Source: Eledone cirrhosa (lineage: Eukaryota). Taken from it: 64,000 nt of DNA. Shown here in pieces: positions 1 through 14,500 of the stretch. The position numbers and the translations under genes were made by a program. Below the pieces are notes generated by a model, which was not told where the DNA came from, ran no database searches, and was given only the letters and a program-made list of their open reading frames with translations. The stretch spans positions 389,546,001 through 389,610,000 of the forward strand of contig OZ024741.1 of the NCBI GenBank assembly GCA_964016885.1. Direction: 5' to 3'. Numbering within the stretch: position 1 is the stretch's first letter; every line of letters begins with the position of its first letter.

Positions 1-84
1 AGCATTTAGATCAGATCCCTGTTTCGAGGATACCTTCCTCCCTCCTTCTCACCAGTGAATAAGGCCCTGAAAAGAGCCATAAAC

Positions 85-120
85 ACTGCTTTTAATTTCT
101 TGACTGCTTTTAATTTCTTG
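85..120. repeat. Perfect 18-bp tandem duplication (ACTGCTTTTAATTTCTTG x2) in the presumed 3' UTR
   Basis: Identical copies at 85-102 and 103-120. Each contains TTTAAT, which is ATTAAA on the minus strand, a possible poly(A) signal. Confidence 0.85.
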
Positions 121-254
121 AAGAAATAAAATAAAGAATATTTGTTCATGTCCACTTTGAACATTCATGTGATGCTAGCAGATAAAATAAACAACAAACT
201 TCTAAAAAGCTACTCCACGTTATTTCAGTTAAGTTTTAATCATCTATCATTCCA

Positions 255-485
255 TCATTTACTGCGAGAGGAGTCTAGTGGGTTATCTACAACAGAATCA
301 TGAATCATAACAAATAAAGGGACATAAGTCAAAAAATCTAGAAGATCTAATGCATCCAGGTGCTGTAGTCTTGACTGCACTTCTTCTTCATGAGACAGGC
401 TAACACCACCTGCTCTTAAGTCCACACAAAGTTGGTCAAGGGATATTTTGTTAGTGTCCAGATCCACATTACACTCCCATAATGT
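255..485 (-). CDS. Terminal coding exon of a spliced gene; uncharacterised invertebrate protein with an EF-hand-like C-terminal region
   Basis: Minus strand reads TGCTAAT (branch point, 519-513) ... TCTATTCTTTTGCAG|ACA TTA TGG. The acceptor AG is at 487-486 and the exon is phase 0. There are 76 codons (TLWECNVD...LDFLTYVPLFVMIHDSVVDNPLDSSRSK) to TGA at 257-255. The sequence is complex and protein-like. The family assignment is from recall of the LDFLTY.PLF..IH..I..NPL tail and is not verified. Confidence 0.8.
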   Translation of the reverse strand, partial: TLWECNVDLDTNKISLDQLCVDLRAGGVSLSHEEEVQSRLQHLDALDLLDFLTYVPLFVMIHDSVVDNPLDSSRSK

Positions 486-525
486 CTGCAAAAGAATAGA
501 TGCATTACCATTATTAGCAATAATA

Positions 526-733
526 GGTAAATTGGCAATATCAGTAGAATGTCAGACATGTTTCAGGGCATAGAATTATGACCATTTCTGTTCTGAGTTC
601 AAATCCTGCTAAGGTTAGCTTTTCCTTTCATTCTTACGGGGCTGATAAAATAAAGCACGAGTAACATACTAGGTTTGATTTAATCAACTATTCTCCACCA
701 AAATTGTTGACCTTGTGCCTAAATCAGAAATCG
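526..733 (+). mobile_element. tRNA-derived SINE, near full length and diverged
   Basis: A-box-like TGGCAATATCAG (about 533) and B-box GAGTTCAAATCC (595-606). It is flanked by a perfect 15-bp direct repeat TTATTAGCAATAATA (511-525 and 734-748). The 3' end CCTTGTGCCTAAATCAGAAA is shared with the adjacent copy. It resembles Octopus SINEs (recall). Confidence 0.75.
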
Positions 734-756
734 TTATTAGCAATAATATACTTGGC

Positions 757-833
757 AAGTACTGGTGTAGATATAATCGACTTTCTCCTCCCCACCCTAA
801 ATTGCTGGCCTTGTGCTAAATTAGAAACCATTA
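757..833 (+). mobile_element. 5'-truncated second copy of the same SINE family (3' tail only)
   Basis: Aligns by eye to about 665-733 (TACT.G...GAT.TAATC.ACT...AAATTG.TG.CCTTGTGC..AAT.AGAAA). It is followed by a third copy of TTATTAGCAATA (834-845). Confidence 0.7.
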
Positions 834-861
834 TTATTAGCAATAGTTTTTGTTTTTTTAG

Positions 862-1043
862 GTCCAGCTAAATCCTGGTAAATAAGGTCTATGATGAAAG
901 GAAATTCAGCTGCAACTATTCAATCCTTTTCTTATTGGGAAGGAAGCCAAAACCACAGGCTTTTCTTTAAGATGGTAGATGTAGTTTGAGGGTGATTTGG
1001 CTGCTATTTTTAGTAGGTTGAGCAACGATGTAGAGGCTCCCTC
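862..1043 (-). mobile_element. Degenerate interspersed repeat fragment, probably SINE-type
   Basis: GATTTGGCTGCTATTTTTAGTAGGTTGAGC...GTAGAGGCTCCCTC resembles an abundant Octopus repeat motif (recall only). Boundaries and orientation are approximate. Confidence 0.35.
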
Positions 1044-1221
1044 ACTAATTTATAATACCTATATTTTGTTTACATATTTATACTAAATATCGACTGCATC
1101 AATCTCACCAGTCAGAAATATCCTGATAGTAAAGGGCACTGTCTTTTCCTCATTACTAAAAACTTCACAAGAATTCACTCCCTCCAAATTTGGCTATATG
1201 TATTGCTACTGACCTTTAAGC

Positions 1222-1630
1222 CAGTGTTTTTAAAACTTTTTTCTGTATTTCTTCATTTAAAAGTTCACAGTCCTGATTCTCCAACACACATGCACATGAT
1301 AAGAAGTACGTAGTCTTGTATACAACACAATTTATTATATAACACTAACAGCCTTATATCAAATTAACATTAGCAGCCTTGTATACAATAGATTTTATTA
1401 CATTATATTAAATTAACATTAGCAGTCCTGTATACAACACAATTTATTACATAATAACAACAACAATATATCAATTTAAGATTAACATCCTTAAAACCAG
1501 CGCTAAAAAAATCCATAAAAACAATAGAAATAATGATAAAAAAATGTTTAGCTGAAAAACAATTTCCCCACAAGAATCTCCGAAATTTTTTCTGGGATCA
1601 TGCAGTTTTCTCACAGGTTATGAATTATGG
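1222..1630. mobile_element. Possible decayed hAT-type non-autonomous element
   Basis: The left end CAGTGTTTTTAAAACTTTTTT and right end GGTTATGAATTATGG loosely fit the CAGTGTTTCTCAACC/GGTTGAGAAACACTG terminal pattern of hAT MITEs. The TIR match is poor and no TSD was seen. Confidence 0.25.
1312..1492. repeat. Degenerate AT-rich minisatellite, about 3 copies of a 50-62 bp unit
   Basis: Recurring TGTATACAA.A.A.TTTATTA (about 1317, 1380, 1429) and AAATTAACATTAGCAG (about 1361, 1410). Confidence 0.7.
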
Positions 1631-1678
1631 CTCTAGTCCATTGTTTCATAAAGTGGTTGCTGTGAGAAAATTTTGAAG

Positions 1679-1693
1679 TTAGGGTTAGGGTTA
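1679..1693 (+). repeat. Short interstitial telomere-like motif (TTAGGG)2 TTA
   Basis: GTTAGGGTTAGGGTTAAG read directly; only two full units. Confidence 0.5.
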
Positions 1694-1797
1694 AGATAAT
1701 TTTTATGGAAATAAACTGTAGAAAAGGGTGTTTTAAAGGGCCAAGGTAATGCAAATGAACAATAAATGTTAAAAATAACAATAACAATGTTATTGAA

Positions 1798-2262
1798 CTG
1801 TTAACTGTGGCGTTTGAGACTTTCGGTGGAGTTGGGCCGCTGACAGTGAAGTTCTTGTCAACACTGGCAGTTCACCGTACTGAGGTGTCAGATGATGCCT
1901 GTGAAGGTACCTGGTTGTTTCAGTGCTTTAGCCTCGCCATAACCCATGATAATGCTGTGAGTGTGTTGGCTTGCCTCAAGTGTCTTGTAGTTAACTCCCA
2001 AGGTATGAGATGTGGCCAATTGTCATACTTGGTGGTGAATTGCCCACCCCACTTTTTTTTAATTTCCTTTATCATTATTGTTCAATGATTTATATTATCA
2101 TATTTTTATACATGGTTTAGACATTATATTTGTAATGTTCTTCTGAACGAATTGCGAGCAATTTATAATTTTATATATGCATTTGTAATGTGATTTATGT
2201 TTATATTTAAAACACATTTGTAATGTTATTCAACTGTAAATTTATACAGTTGTAAATAAAAA
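1798..2262 (+). mobile_element. 5'-truncated CRE-like (restriction-like endonuclease clade) non-LTR retrotransposon 3' end
   Basis: The translation VAFETFGGVGPLTVKFLSTLA...EGTWLFQCFSLAITHDNAVSVL fits the C-terminus of CRE-type ORFs (P.A.ET.G..G..A..FL..L...WL.QR.S.A.QRGNA.S.L), with QR and QRGN decayed. It is followed by a T-rich 3' UTR, an 8-bp hairpin (2231-2252) and AATAAA (2255-2260). Confidence 0.7.
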
Positions 2263-2523
2263 TACTTTTTTATATTATTTAATTGGTCCTTAATATTTCA
2301 GGAGAAAATTCCTCTTGACAAAATAAAGATTACGGAACCTAACTGAGAGCAAGAGACTCCAACATTCTTCATATATTGATATTCAGGGATTTCTTAACAC
2401 TAAACTTAGAAAGAAAATATTTCCAAAATATAAAATACTAATTAAAATATTTCCAAGGTAACATTCCACCAACCTTGATATTGTTAGTTTTAACATTTAA
2501 TGTCCTATTTACATCACTGTAAT

Positions 2524-5500
2524 CCACTACTCTAGACTATGGTACTCACCACTACTACAACAGTACCACTACTGTAGACTATGGTACTCACCACTACTAC
2601 AACAGTACCACTACTCTAGACTATGGTACTCACCACTACTACAACAGTACCACTACTCTAGACTATGGTACTCACCACTACTACAACAGTACCACTACTA
2701 CAACAGTACCACTACTGTAGACTATGGTACTCACCACTACTACAACAGTACCACTACTGTAGACTATGGTACTCACCACTACTACAACAGTACCACTGCT
2801 GTAGACTACGCTACTCACCACTACTACAACAGTACCACCACTGTAGACTATGGTACTCACCACTACTACAACAGTACCACTACTGTAGACTATGGTACTC
2901 ACCACTACTACAACAGTACCACTACTGTAGACTACGCTACTCACCACTACTACAACAGTACCACCACTGTAGACTATGGTACTCACCACTACTACAACAG
3001 TACCACTACTGTAGACTATGGTACTCACCACTACTACAACAGTACCACTACTGTAGACTACGGTACTCACCACTACTACAACAGTACCACTACTGTAGAC
3101 TACGGTACTCACCACTACTACAACAGTACCACTGCTGTAGACTACGGTACTCACCACTACTACAACAGTACCACTACTGTAGACTACGGTACTCACCACT
3201 ACTACAACAGTACCACTGCTGTAGACTACGGTACTCACCACTACTACAACAGTACCACCACTGTAGACTATGGTACTCACCACTACTACAACAGTACCAC
3301 TACTGTAGACTATGGTACTCACCACTACTACAACAGTACCACTACCGTAGACTATGGTACTCACCACTACTACAACAGTACCACTAATGTAGACTATGGT
3401 ACTCACCACTACTACAACAGTACCACTGCTGTAGACTACGGTACTCACCACTACTACAACAGTACCACTACTGTAGACTATGGTACTCACCACTACTACA
3501 ACAGTACCACTACTGTAGACTACGCTACTCACCACTACTACAACAGTACCACCACTGTAGACTATGGTACTCACCACTACTACAACAGTACCACTACTGT
3601 AGACTACGGTACTCACCACTACTGTAGACTATGGTACTCACCACTACTACAACAGTACCACCACTGTAGACTATGGTACTCACCACTACTACAACAGTAC
3701 CACTACTCTAGACTATGGTACTCACCACTACTACAACAGTACTACTACTGTAGACTATGGTACTCACAACTACTACAACAGTACCACCACTGTAGACTAT
3801 GGTACTCACCACTACTACAACAGTACCACTGCTGTAGACTACGGTACTCACCACTACTACAACAGTACCACCACTGTAGACTATGGTACTCACCACTACT
3901 ACAACAGTACCACCACTGTAGACTATGGTACTCACCACTACTACAACAGTACCACTACTCTAGACTATGGTACTCACCACTACTACAACAGTACCACTAC
4001 TGTAGACTACGGTACTCACCATAACTACAACAGTACCACTACTCTAGACTACGGTACTCACCACTACTACAACAGTACCACTACTGTAGACTACGGTACT
4101 CACCACTACTACAACAGTACCACTACTGTAGACTACGGTACTCACCACTACTACAACAGTACCACTACTGTAGACTACGGTACTCACCATAACTACAACA
4201 GTACCACTACTCTAGACTACGGTACTCACCACTACTACAACAGTACAACTACTGTAGACTATGGTACTCACCACTACTACAACAGTACCACTACTACAAC
4301 AGAACCACTACTGTAGACTATGGTACTCACCACTACTACAACAGTACCACTGCTGTAGACTACGGTACTCACCATAACTACAACAGTACCACTACTGTAG
4401 ACTACGGTACTCACCACTACTACAACAGTACCACTACTGTAGACTACGGTACTCACCACTACTACAACAGTACCACTACTCTAGACTATGGTACTCACCA
4501 CTACTACAACAGTACCACTACTGTAGACTACGCTACTCACCACTACTACAACAGTACCAGCACTGTAGACTATGGTACTCACCACTACTACAACAGTACC
4601 ACTACTGTAGACTACGGTACTCACCACTACTACAACAGTACCACTACTGTAGACTATGGTACTCACCACTACTACAACATTACCACTACTGTAGACTATG
4701 GTACTCACCACTGCTACAACAGTACCACTACTGTAGACTATGGTACTCACTACTACTACAACAGTACCACTACTGTAGACTATGGTACTCACCACTACTA
4801 CAACAGTACCACTACTGTAGACTATGGTTCTCACCACTACTACAACAGTACCACTACTGTAGACTATGGTACTCACCACTACTACAACAGTACCACTACT
4901 GTAGACTATGGTACTCACCACTACTACAACAGTACCACTACTGTAGACTACGGTACTCACCACTACTACAACAGTACCACTACTGTAGACTACGGTACTC
5001 ACCACTACTACAACAGTACAATTACTGTAGACTATGGTACTCACCACTACTACGACAGTACCACTACTCTAGACTATGGTACTCACCACTACTACAACAG
5101 TACCACTACTCTAGACTATGGTACTCACCACTACTACAACAGTACCACTACTGTAGACTACGGTACTCACCATAACTACAACAGTACCACTACTCTAGAC
5201 TACGGTACTCACTACTACTACAAGAGTACCACTACTCTAGACTACGGTACTCACCACTACTACAACAGTACCACTACTCTAGACTACGGTACTCACCACT
5301 ACTACAAGAGTACCACTACTCTAGACTACGGTACTCACCACTACTACAACAGTACCACTACTCTAGACTACGGTACTCACCACTACTACAACAGTACCAC
5401 TACTGTAGAGTATGGTACTCACTACTACTACAACAGTACAACTACTGTAGACTATGGTACTCACCACTACTACAAGAGTACCACTACTGTAGACTATGGT

Positions 5501-8500
5501 ACTCACCACTACTACAACAGTACCACTACTCTAGACTACGGTACTCACCACTACTACAACAGTACCACTACTCGAGACTACGGTACTCACCACTACTACA
5601 ACAGTACCACTACTGTAGACTACGGTACTCACCACTACTACAACAGTACCACTACTGTAGACTACGGTACTTACCACTACTACAACAGTACCACTACTGT
5701 AGACTACGGTACTCACCACTACTACAACAGTACCACTACTCTAGACTACGGTACTCACCACTACTACAACAGTACCACTACTCGAGACTACGGTACTCAC
5801 CACTACTACAACAGTACCACTACTGTAGACTACGGTACTCACCACTACTACAACAGTACCACTACTCTAGACTACGGTACTCACCACTACTACAACAGTA
5901 CCACTACTCGAGACTACGGTACTCACCACTACTACAACAGTACCACTACTGTAGACTACGGTACTCACCACTACTACAACAGTACCACTACTCTAGACTA
6001 CGGTACTCACCACTACTACAACAGTACCACTACTCGAGACTACGGTACTCACCACTACTACAACAGTACCACTACTGTAGACTACGGTACTCACCACTAC
6101 TACAACAGTACCACTACTCTAGACTACGGTACTCACCACTACTACAACAGTACCACTACTCGAGACTACGGTACTCACCACTACTACAACAGTACCACTA
6201 CTGTAGACTACGGTACTCACCACTACTACAACAGTACCACTACTGTAGACTACGGTACTCACCACTACTACAACAGTACCACTACTGTAGACTACGGTAC
6301 TCACCACTACTACAACATTACCACTACTGTAGACTACGGTACTCACCACTACTACAACAGTACCACTACTGTAGACTATGGTACTCACCACTACTACAAG
6401 AGTACCACTACTGTAGAATATGGTACTCACCACTACTACAACAGTACCACTACTGTAGACTATGGTACTCACCACTACTACAACAGTACCACTACTGTAG
6501 ACTACGGTACTCACCACTACTACAACAGTACCACTACTCGAGACTACGGTACTCACCACTACTACAACAGTACCACTACTGTAGACTACGGTACTCACCA
6601 CTACTACAACAGTACCACTACTCTAGACTACGGTACTCACCACTACTACAACAGTACCACTACTCGAGACTACGGTACTCACCACTACTACAACAGTACC
6701 ACTACTCTAGACTACGGTACTCACCACTACTACAACAGTACCACTACTCGAGACTACGGTACTCACCACTACTACAACAGTACCACCACTGTAGACTATG
6801 GTACTCACCACTACTACAACAGCAACTCTACTGTTGACTATGGTACTCACCACTACTACAACAGTACCACTACTGTAGACTACGGTACTCACCACTACTA
6901 CAACAGTACCACTACTCTAGACTATGGTACTCACCACTACTACAACAGTACCACTACTGTAGACTACGGTACTCACCACTACTACAACAGTACCACTACT
7001 CTAGACTACGGTACTCACCACTACTACAACAGTACCACTACTCGAGACTACGGTACTCACCACTACTACAACAGTACCACTACTGTAGACTACGGTACTC
7101 ACCACTACTACAACAGTACCACTACTCTAGACTACGGTACTCACCACTACTACAACAGTACCACTACTCGAGACTACGGTACTCACCACTACTACAACAG
7201 TACCACTACTCTAGACTACGGTACTCACCACAACTACAACAGTACCACTACTCGAGACTACGGTACTCACCACTACTACAACAGTACCACTACTCTAGAC
7301 TACGGTACTCACCACTACTACAACAGTACCACTACTCGAGACTACGGTACTCACCACTACTACAACAGTACCACCACTGTAGACTATGGTACTCACCACT
7401 ACTACAACAGCAACTCTACTGTTGACTATGGTACTCACCACTACTACAACAGTACCACTACTGTAGACTACGGTACTCACCACTACTACAACAGTACCAC
7501 TACTCTAGACTATGGTACTCACCACTACTACAACAGTACCACTACTCGAGACTACGGTACTCACCACTACTACAACAGTACCACTACTCGAGACTACGGT
7601 ACTCACCACTACTACAACAGTACCACCACTGTAGACTATGGTACTCACCACTACTACAACAGCAACTCTACTGTTGACTATGGTACTCACCACTACTACA
7701 ACAGTACCACTACTGTAGACTACGGTACTCACCACTACTACAACAGTACCACTACTCTAGACTATGGTACTCACCACTACTACAACAGTACCACTACTGT
7801 AGACTATGGTACTCACCACTACTACAACAGTACCACTACTCTAGACTACGGTACTCACCACTACTAAAACAGTACCACTACTCTAGACTACGGTACTCAC
7901 CACTACTACAACAGTACCACTACTGTAGACTACGGTACTCACCACTACTACAACAGTACCACTACTCTAGACTATGGTACTCACCACTACTACAACAGTA
8001 CCAATACTCTAGACTACGGTACTCACCACTACTACAACAGTACCACTACTCTAGACTACGGTACTCACCACTACTACAACAGTACCACTACTGTAGACTA
8101 TGGTACTCACCACTACTACAACAGCACCACTACTGTAGACTACGGTACTCACCACTACTACAACAGTACCACTACTCTAGACTACGGAACTCACCACTAC
8201 TACAACAGTACCACTACTGTAGACTATGGTACTCACCACTACTACAACAGTACCATTACTGTAGACTATGGTACTCACCACTACTACAACAGTACCACTA
8301 CTCTAGACTACGGTACTCACCACTACTACAACAGTACCACTACTGTAGACTACGGTACTCACCACCACTACAACAGTACCACTACTGTAGACTACGCTAC
8401 TCACCACTACTACAACAGTACCACTACTGTAGACTATGGTACTCACCACCACTACAACAGTACCACTACTGTAGACTACGCTACTCACCACTACTACAAC

Positions 8501-11500
8501 AGTACCACTACTGTAGACTATGGTACTCACCACTACTACAACAGTACCACTACTCTAGACTACGGTACTCACCACTACTACAACAGTACCACTAATGTAG
8601 ACTATGGTACTCACCACTACTACAACAGTACCACTACTCTAGACTACGGTACTCACCACTACTACAACAGTACCACTACTCTAGACTTCGGAACTCACCA
8701 CTACTACAACAGTACCGCTACTCTAGACTACGGTACTCACCACTACTACAACAGTACCACTACTCTAGACTACGGAACTCACCACTACTACAACAGTACC
8801 ACTACTGTAGATTATGGTACTCACCACTACTACAACAGTACCACTACTGTAGACTACGGTACTGACCACTACTACAACAGTACCACTACCGTAGACTATG
8901 GTACTCACCACTACTACAACAGTACCACTACTGTAGACTACGGTACTGACCACTACTACAACAGTACCACTACCGTAGATTACGGTACTCACCACTACTA
9001 CAACAGTACCACTACTGTAGACTATGGTACTCACCACTACTACAACAGTACAACTACTGTAGACTATGGTACTCACCACTACTACAACAGTACCACTACT
9101 GTAGACTACGCTACTCACCACAACTACAACAGTACCACTACTGTAGACTACGCTACTCACCACTACTACAACAGTACCACTACTGTAGACTACGCTACTC
9201 ACCACTACTACAACAGTACCACTACTGTAGACTATGGTACTCACCACTACTACAACAGTACCACTAATGTAGACTACGGTACTCACCACTACTACAACAG
9301 TACTACTACCGTAGACTATGGTACTCACCACTACTACAACAGTACCACCACTCTAGACTATGGTACTCACCACTACTACAACAGTACCACTACTCTAGAC
9401 TACGGAACTCACTACTACTACAACAGTACCACTACTGTAGACTATGGTACTCACCACTACTACAACAGTACCACTACTGTAGACTATGGTACTCACCACT
9501 ACTACAACAGTACCACTACTCTAGACTACGGAAATCACCACTACTACAACAGTACCACTACTGTAGACTATGGTACTCACCACTACTACAACTGTACCAC
9601 TACTGTAGACTATGGTACTCACCACTACTACAACAGTACCACTACTCTAGACTACGGTACTCACCACTACTACAACTGTACCACTACTGTAGACTATGGT
9701 ACTCACCACTACTACAACAGTACCACTACTCTAGACTACGGTACTCACCACTACTACAACTGTACCACTACTGTAGACTATGGTACTCACCACAACTACA
9801 ACAGTACCACTACTGTAGACTACGCTACTCACCACTACTACAACAGTACCACTACTGTAGACTACGCTACTCACCACTACTACAACAGTACCACTACTGT
9901 AGACTATGGTACTCACCACTACTACAACAGTACCACTAATGTAGACTACGGTACTCACCACTACTACAAGAGTACCACTACCGTAGACTATGGTACTCAC
10001 CACTACTACAACAGTACCACTAATGTAGACTACGGTACTCACCACTACTACAACAGTACAACTACTGTAGACTATGGTACTCACCACTACTACAACAGTA
10101 CCACTACTGTAGACTACGCTACTCACCACTACTACAACAGTACCACTACTCTAGACTACGGTACTCACCACTACTACAACAGTACCACTACTGTAGACTA
10201 TGGTACTCACCACTACTACAAAAGTACCACCACTGTAGACTACGGTACTCACCACTACTACAACAGTACAACTACTGTAGACTATGGTACTCACCACTAC
10301 TACAACAGTACCACTACTGTAGACTACGGTACTCACCACTACTACAACAGTACCACTACTGTAGACTACGGTACTCACCACTACTACAACAGTACCACTA
10401 CTGTAGACTACGGTACTCACCACTACTACAACATTACCACTACTGTAGACTATGGTACTCACCACTACTACAACAGTACTACTACTGTAGACTATGGTAC
10501 TCACCACTACTACAACAGTACCACCACTGTAGACTATGGTACTCACCACCACTACAACAGTACCACTACTGTAGACTATGGTACTCACCACTACTACAAA
10601 AGTACCACTACTGTAGACTATGGTACTCACCACTACTACAACAGTACCACTACTGTAGACTATGGTACTCACCACTACTACAACAGTACCACTACTGTAG
10701 ACTATGCTACTCACCACTACTACAACAGTACCACTACTGTAGACTACGGTACTCACCATTACTACAACAGTACCACTACTGTAGACTACGGTACTCACCA
10801 CTACTACAACATTACCACTACTGTAGACTATGGTACTCACCACTACTACAACAGTACCACTACTGTAGACTATGGTACTCACCACTACTACAACAGTACC
10901 ACTACTGTAGACTATGGTACTCACCACTACTACAACAGTACCACTACTCTAGACTATGGTACTCACCACTACTACAACAGTACCACTACTCTAGACTATG
11001 GTACTCACCACTAATACAACAGTACCACTACTGTAGACTACGGTCCAAACCACTACTACAACAGTACAACTACTGTAGACTATGGTACTCACCACTACTA
11101 CAACAGCAACTCTACTGTAGACTATGGTACTCACCACTACTACAACAGCAACTCTACTGTAGACTATGGTACTCACCACTACTACAACAGTACCACTACT
11201 CTAGACTACGGTACTCACCACTACTACAACAGTACCACTACTCTAGACTACGGTACTCACCACTACTACAACAGTACCACTACTGTAGACTACGGTACTC
11301 ACCACTACTACAACAGTACCACTACTCTAGACTATGGTACTCACCACTACTACAACAGTACCACTACTCTAGACTATGGTACTCACCACTACTACAACAG
11401 TACCACTACTGTAGACTATGGTACTCACCACTACTACAACAGTACCACTACTCTAGACTATGGTACTCACTACTACTACAACAGTACCACTACTCTAGAC

Positions 11501-14500
11501 TATGGTACTCACCACTACTACAACAGTACAACTACTGTAGACTACGGTACTCACCACTACTACAACAGTACCACTACTGTAGACTATGGTACTCACCACT
11601 ACTACAACAGTACCACTACTCTAGACTATGGTACTCACCACTACTACAACAGTACCACTACTGTAGACTATGGTACTCACCACTACTACAACAGTACCAC
11701 TACTCTAGACTATGGTACTCACTACTACTACAACAGTACCACTACTCTAGACTATGGTACTCACCACTACTACAACAGTACCACTACTGTAGACTACGGT
11801 ACTCACCACTACTACAACAGTACCACTACTCTAGACTACGGTACTCACCACTACTACAACAGTACCACTACTCTAGACTACGGAATTCACCACTACTACA
11901 ACAGTACCACTACTCTAGACAACGGTACTCACCACTACTACAACAGTACCACTACTCTAGACTACGGAACTCACCACTACTACAACAGTACCACTACTCT
12001 AGACTACGGTACTCACCACTACTACAACAGTACCACTACTCTAGACTATGGTACTCACTACTACTACAACAGTACCACTACTCTAGACTATGGTACTCAC
12101 CACTACTACAACAGTACCACTACTCTAGACTACGGTACTCACCACTACTACAACAGTACCACTACTCTAGACTACGGTACTCACCACTACTACAACAGTA
12201 CCACTACTCTAGACTACGGTACTCACCACTACTACAACAGTACAACTACTGCAGACTACGGTACTCACTACTACTACAACAGTACCACTACTCTAGACTA
12301 TGGTACTCACTACTACTACAACAGTACCACTACTCTAGACTACGGTACTCACCACTACTACAACAGTACCACTACTCTAGACTACGGAACTCACCACTAC
12401 TACAACAGTACCACTACTGCAGACTACGGTACTCACCACTACTACAACAGTACCACTACTCTAGACTACGGTACTCACCACTACTACAACAGTACCACTA
12501 CTCTAGACTACGGTACTCACCACTACTACAACAGTACCACTACTCTAGACTATGGTACTCACCACTACTACAACAGTACCACTACTGTAGACTACGGTAC
12601 TCACCACTACTACAACAGTACCACTACTGTAGACTATGGTACTCACCACTACTACAACAGTACCACTACTCTAGACTATGGTACTCACCACTACTACAAC
12701 AGTACCACTACTCTAGACTACAGAACTCACCACTACTACAACAGTACCACTACTGTAGACTACGGTACTCACCACTACTACAACAGTACCACTACTGCAG
12801 ACTACGGTACTCACTACTACTACAACAGTACCACTACTGTAGACTATGGTACTCACCACTACTACAACAGTACCACTACTGTAGACTACGCTACTCACCA
12901 CTACTACAACAGTACCACTACTGTAGACTATGGTACTCACCACTACTACAACAGTACCACTAATGTAGACTACGGTACTCACCACTACTACAACAGTACC
13001 ACTACCGTAGACTATGGTACTCACCACTACTACAACAGTACCACTAATGTAGACTACGGTACTCACCACTACTACAACAGTACAACTACTGTAGACTATG
13101 GTACTCACCACTACTACAACAGTACCACTACTGTAGACTACGCTACTCACCACTACTACAACAGTACCACCACTGTAGACTATGGTACTCACCACCACTA
13201 CAACAGTACCACTACTGTAGACTATGGTACTCACCACTACTACAAAAGTACCACTACTGTAGACTACGGTACTCACCACTACTACAACAGTACCACTACT
13301 GTAGACTATGGTACTCACCACTACTACAACAGTACCACTACTGTAGACTACTGTACTCACCACTACTACAACATTACCACTACTGTAGACTATGGTACTC
13401 ACCACTACTACAACAGTACCACTACTCTAGACTATGGTACTCACCACTACTACAACAGTACCACTACTGTAGACTATGGTACTCACCACTACTACAACAG
13501 TACCACTACTCTAGACTATGGTACTCACCACTACTACAACAGTACCACTACTCTAGACTATGGTACTCACCACTAATACAACAGTACCACTACTGTAGAC
13601 TACGGTACTCACCACTACTACAACAGTACAACTACTGTAGACTATGGTACTCACCACTACTACAACATCAACTCTACTGTAGACTATGGTACTCACCACT
13701 ACTACAACAGTACCACTACTGTAGACTATGGTACTCACCACTACTACAACAGTACCACTACTGTAGACTATGGTACTCACCACTAGTACAACAGTACCAC
13801 TACTGTAGACTATGGTACTCACCACTACTACAACAGTACCACTACTGTAGACTACGGTACTCACCACTACTACAACAGTACCACTACTGTAGACTATGGT
13901 ACTCACCACTACTACAACAGTACCACTACTGTAGACTATGGTACTCACCACTACTACAACAGTACCACTACTCTAGACTATGGTACTCACCACTACTACA
14001 ACAGTACCACCACTGTAGACTATGGTACTCACCACCACTACAACAGTACCACTACTGTAGACTATGGTACTCACCACTACTACAAAAGTACCACTACTGT
14101 AGACTATGGTACTCACCACTACTACAACAGTACCACTACTGTAGACTATGGTACTCACCACTACTACAACAGTACCACTACTGTAGACTATGCTACTCAC
14201 CACTACTACAACAGTACCACTACTGTAGACTACGGTACTCACCATTACTACAACAGTACCACTACTGTAGACTACGGTACTCACCACTACTACAACATTA
14301 CCACTACTGTAGACTATGGTACTCACCACTACTACAACAGTACCACTACTGTAGACTATGGTACTCACCACTACTACAACAGTACCACTACTGTAGACTA
14401 TGGTACTCACCACTACTACAACAGTACCACTACTCTAGACTATGGTACTCACCACTACTACAACAGTACCACTACTCTAGACTATGGTACTCACCACTAA

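Noticed and set aside
486-491. ORF-track start 'MQ' for the 78-aa ORF
   Set aside because: TTG CAG is the intron's splice acceptor, not a start codon.
1679-1693. True telomere or subtelomeric boundary
   Set aside because: There are only two TTAGGG units, embedded in unique sequence.
1807-2088. 93-aa ORF as a host gene
   Set aside because: It starts at GTG, is better explained as a decayed retrotransposon C-terminus, and runs on into low-complexity UTR.
2665-3387. 240-aa (LLQQYHYCRLWYSP)n ORF
   Set aside because: This is an alternative satellite frame entered through the +17 slippage. It has no unique sequence and is frequently stopped elsewhere.
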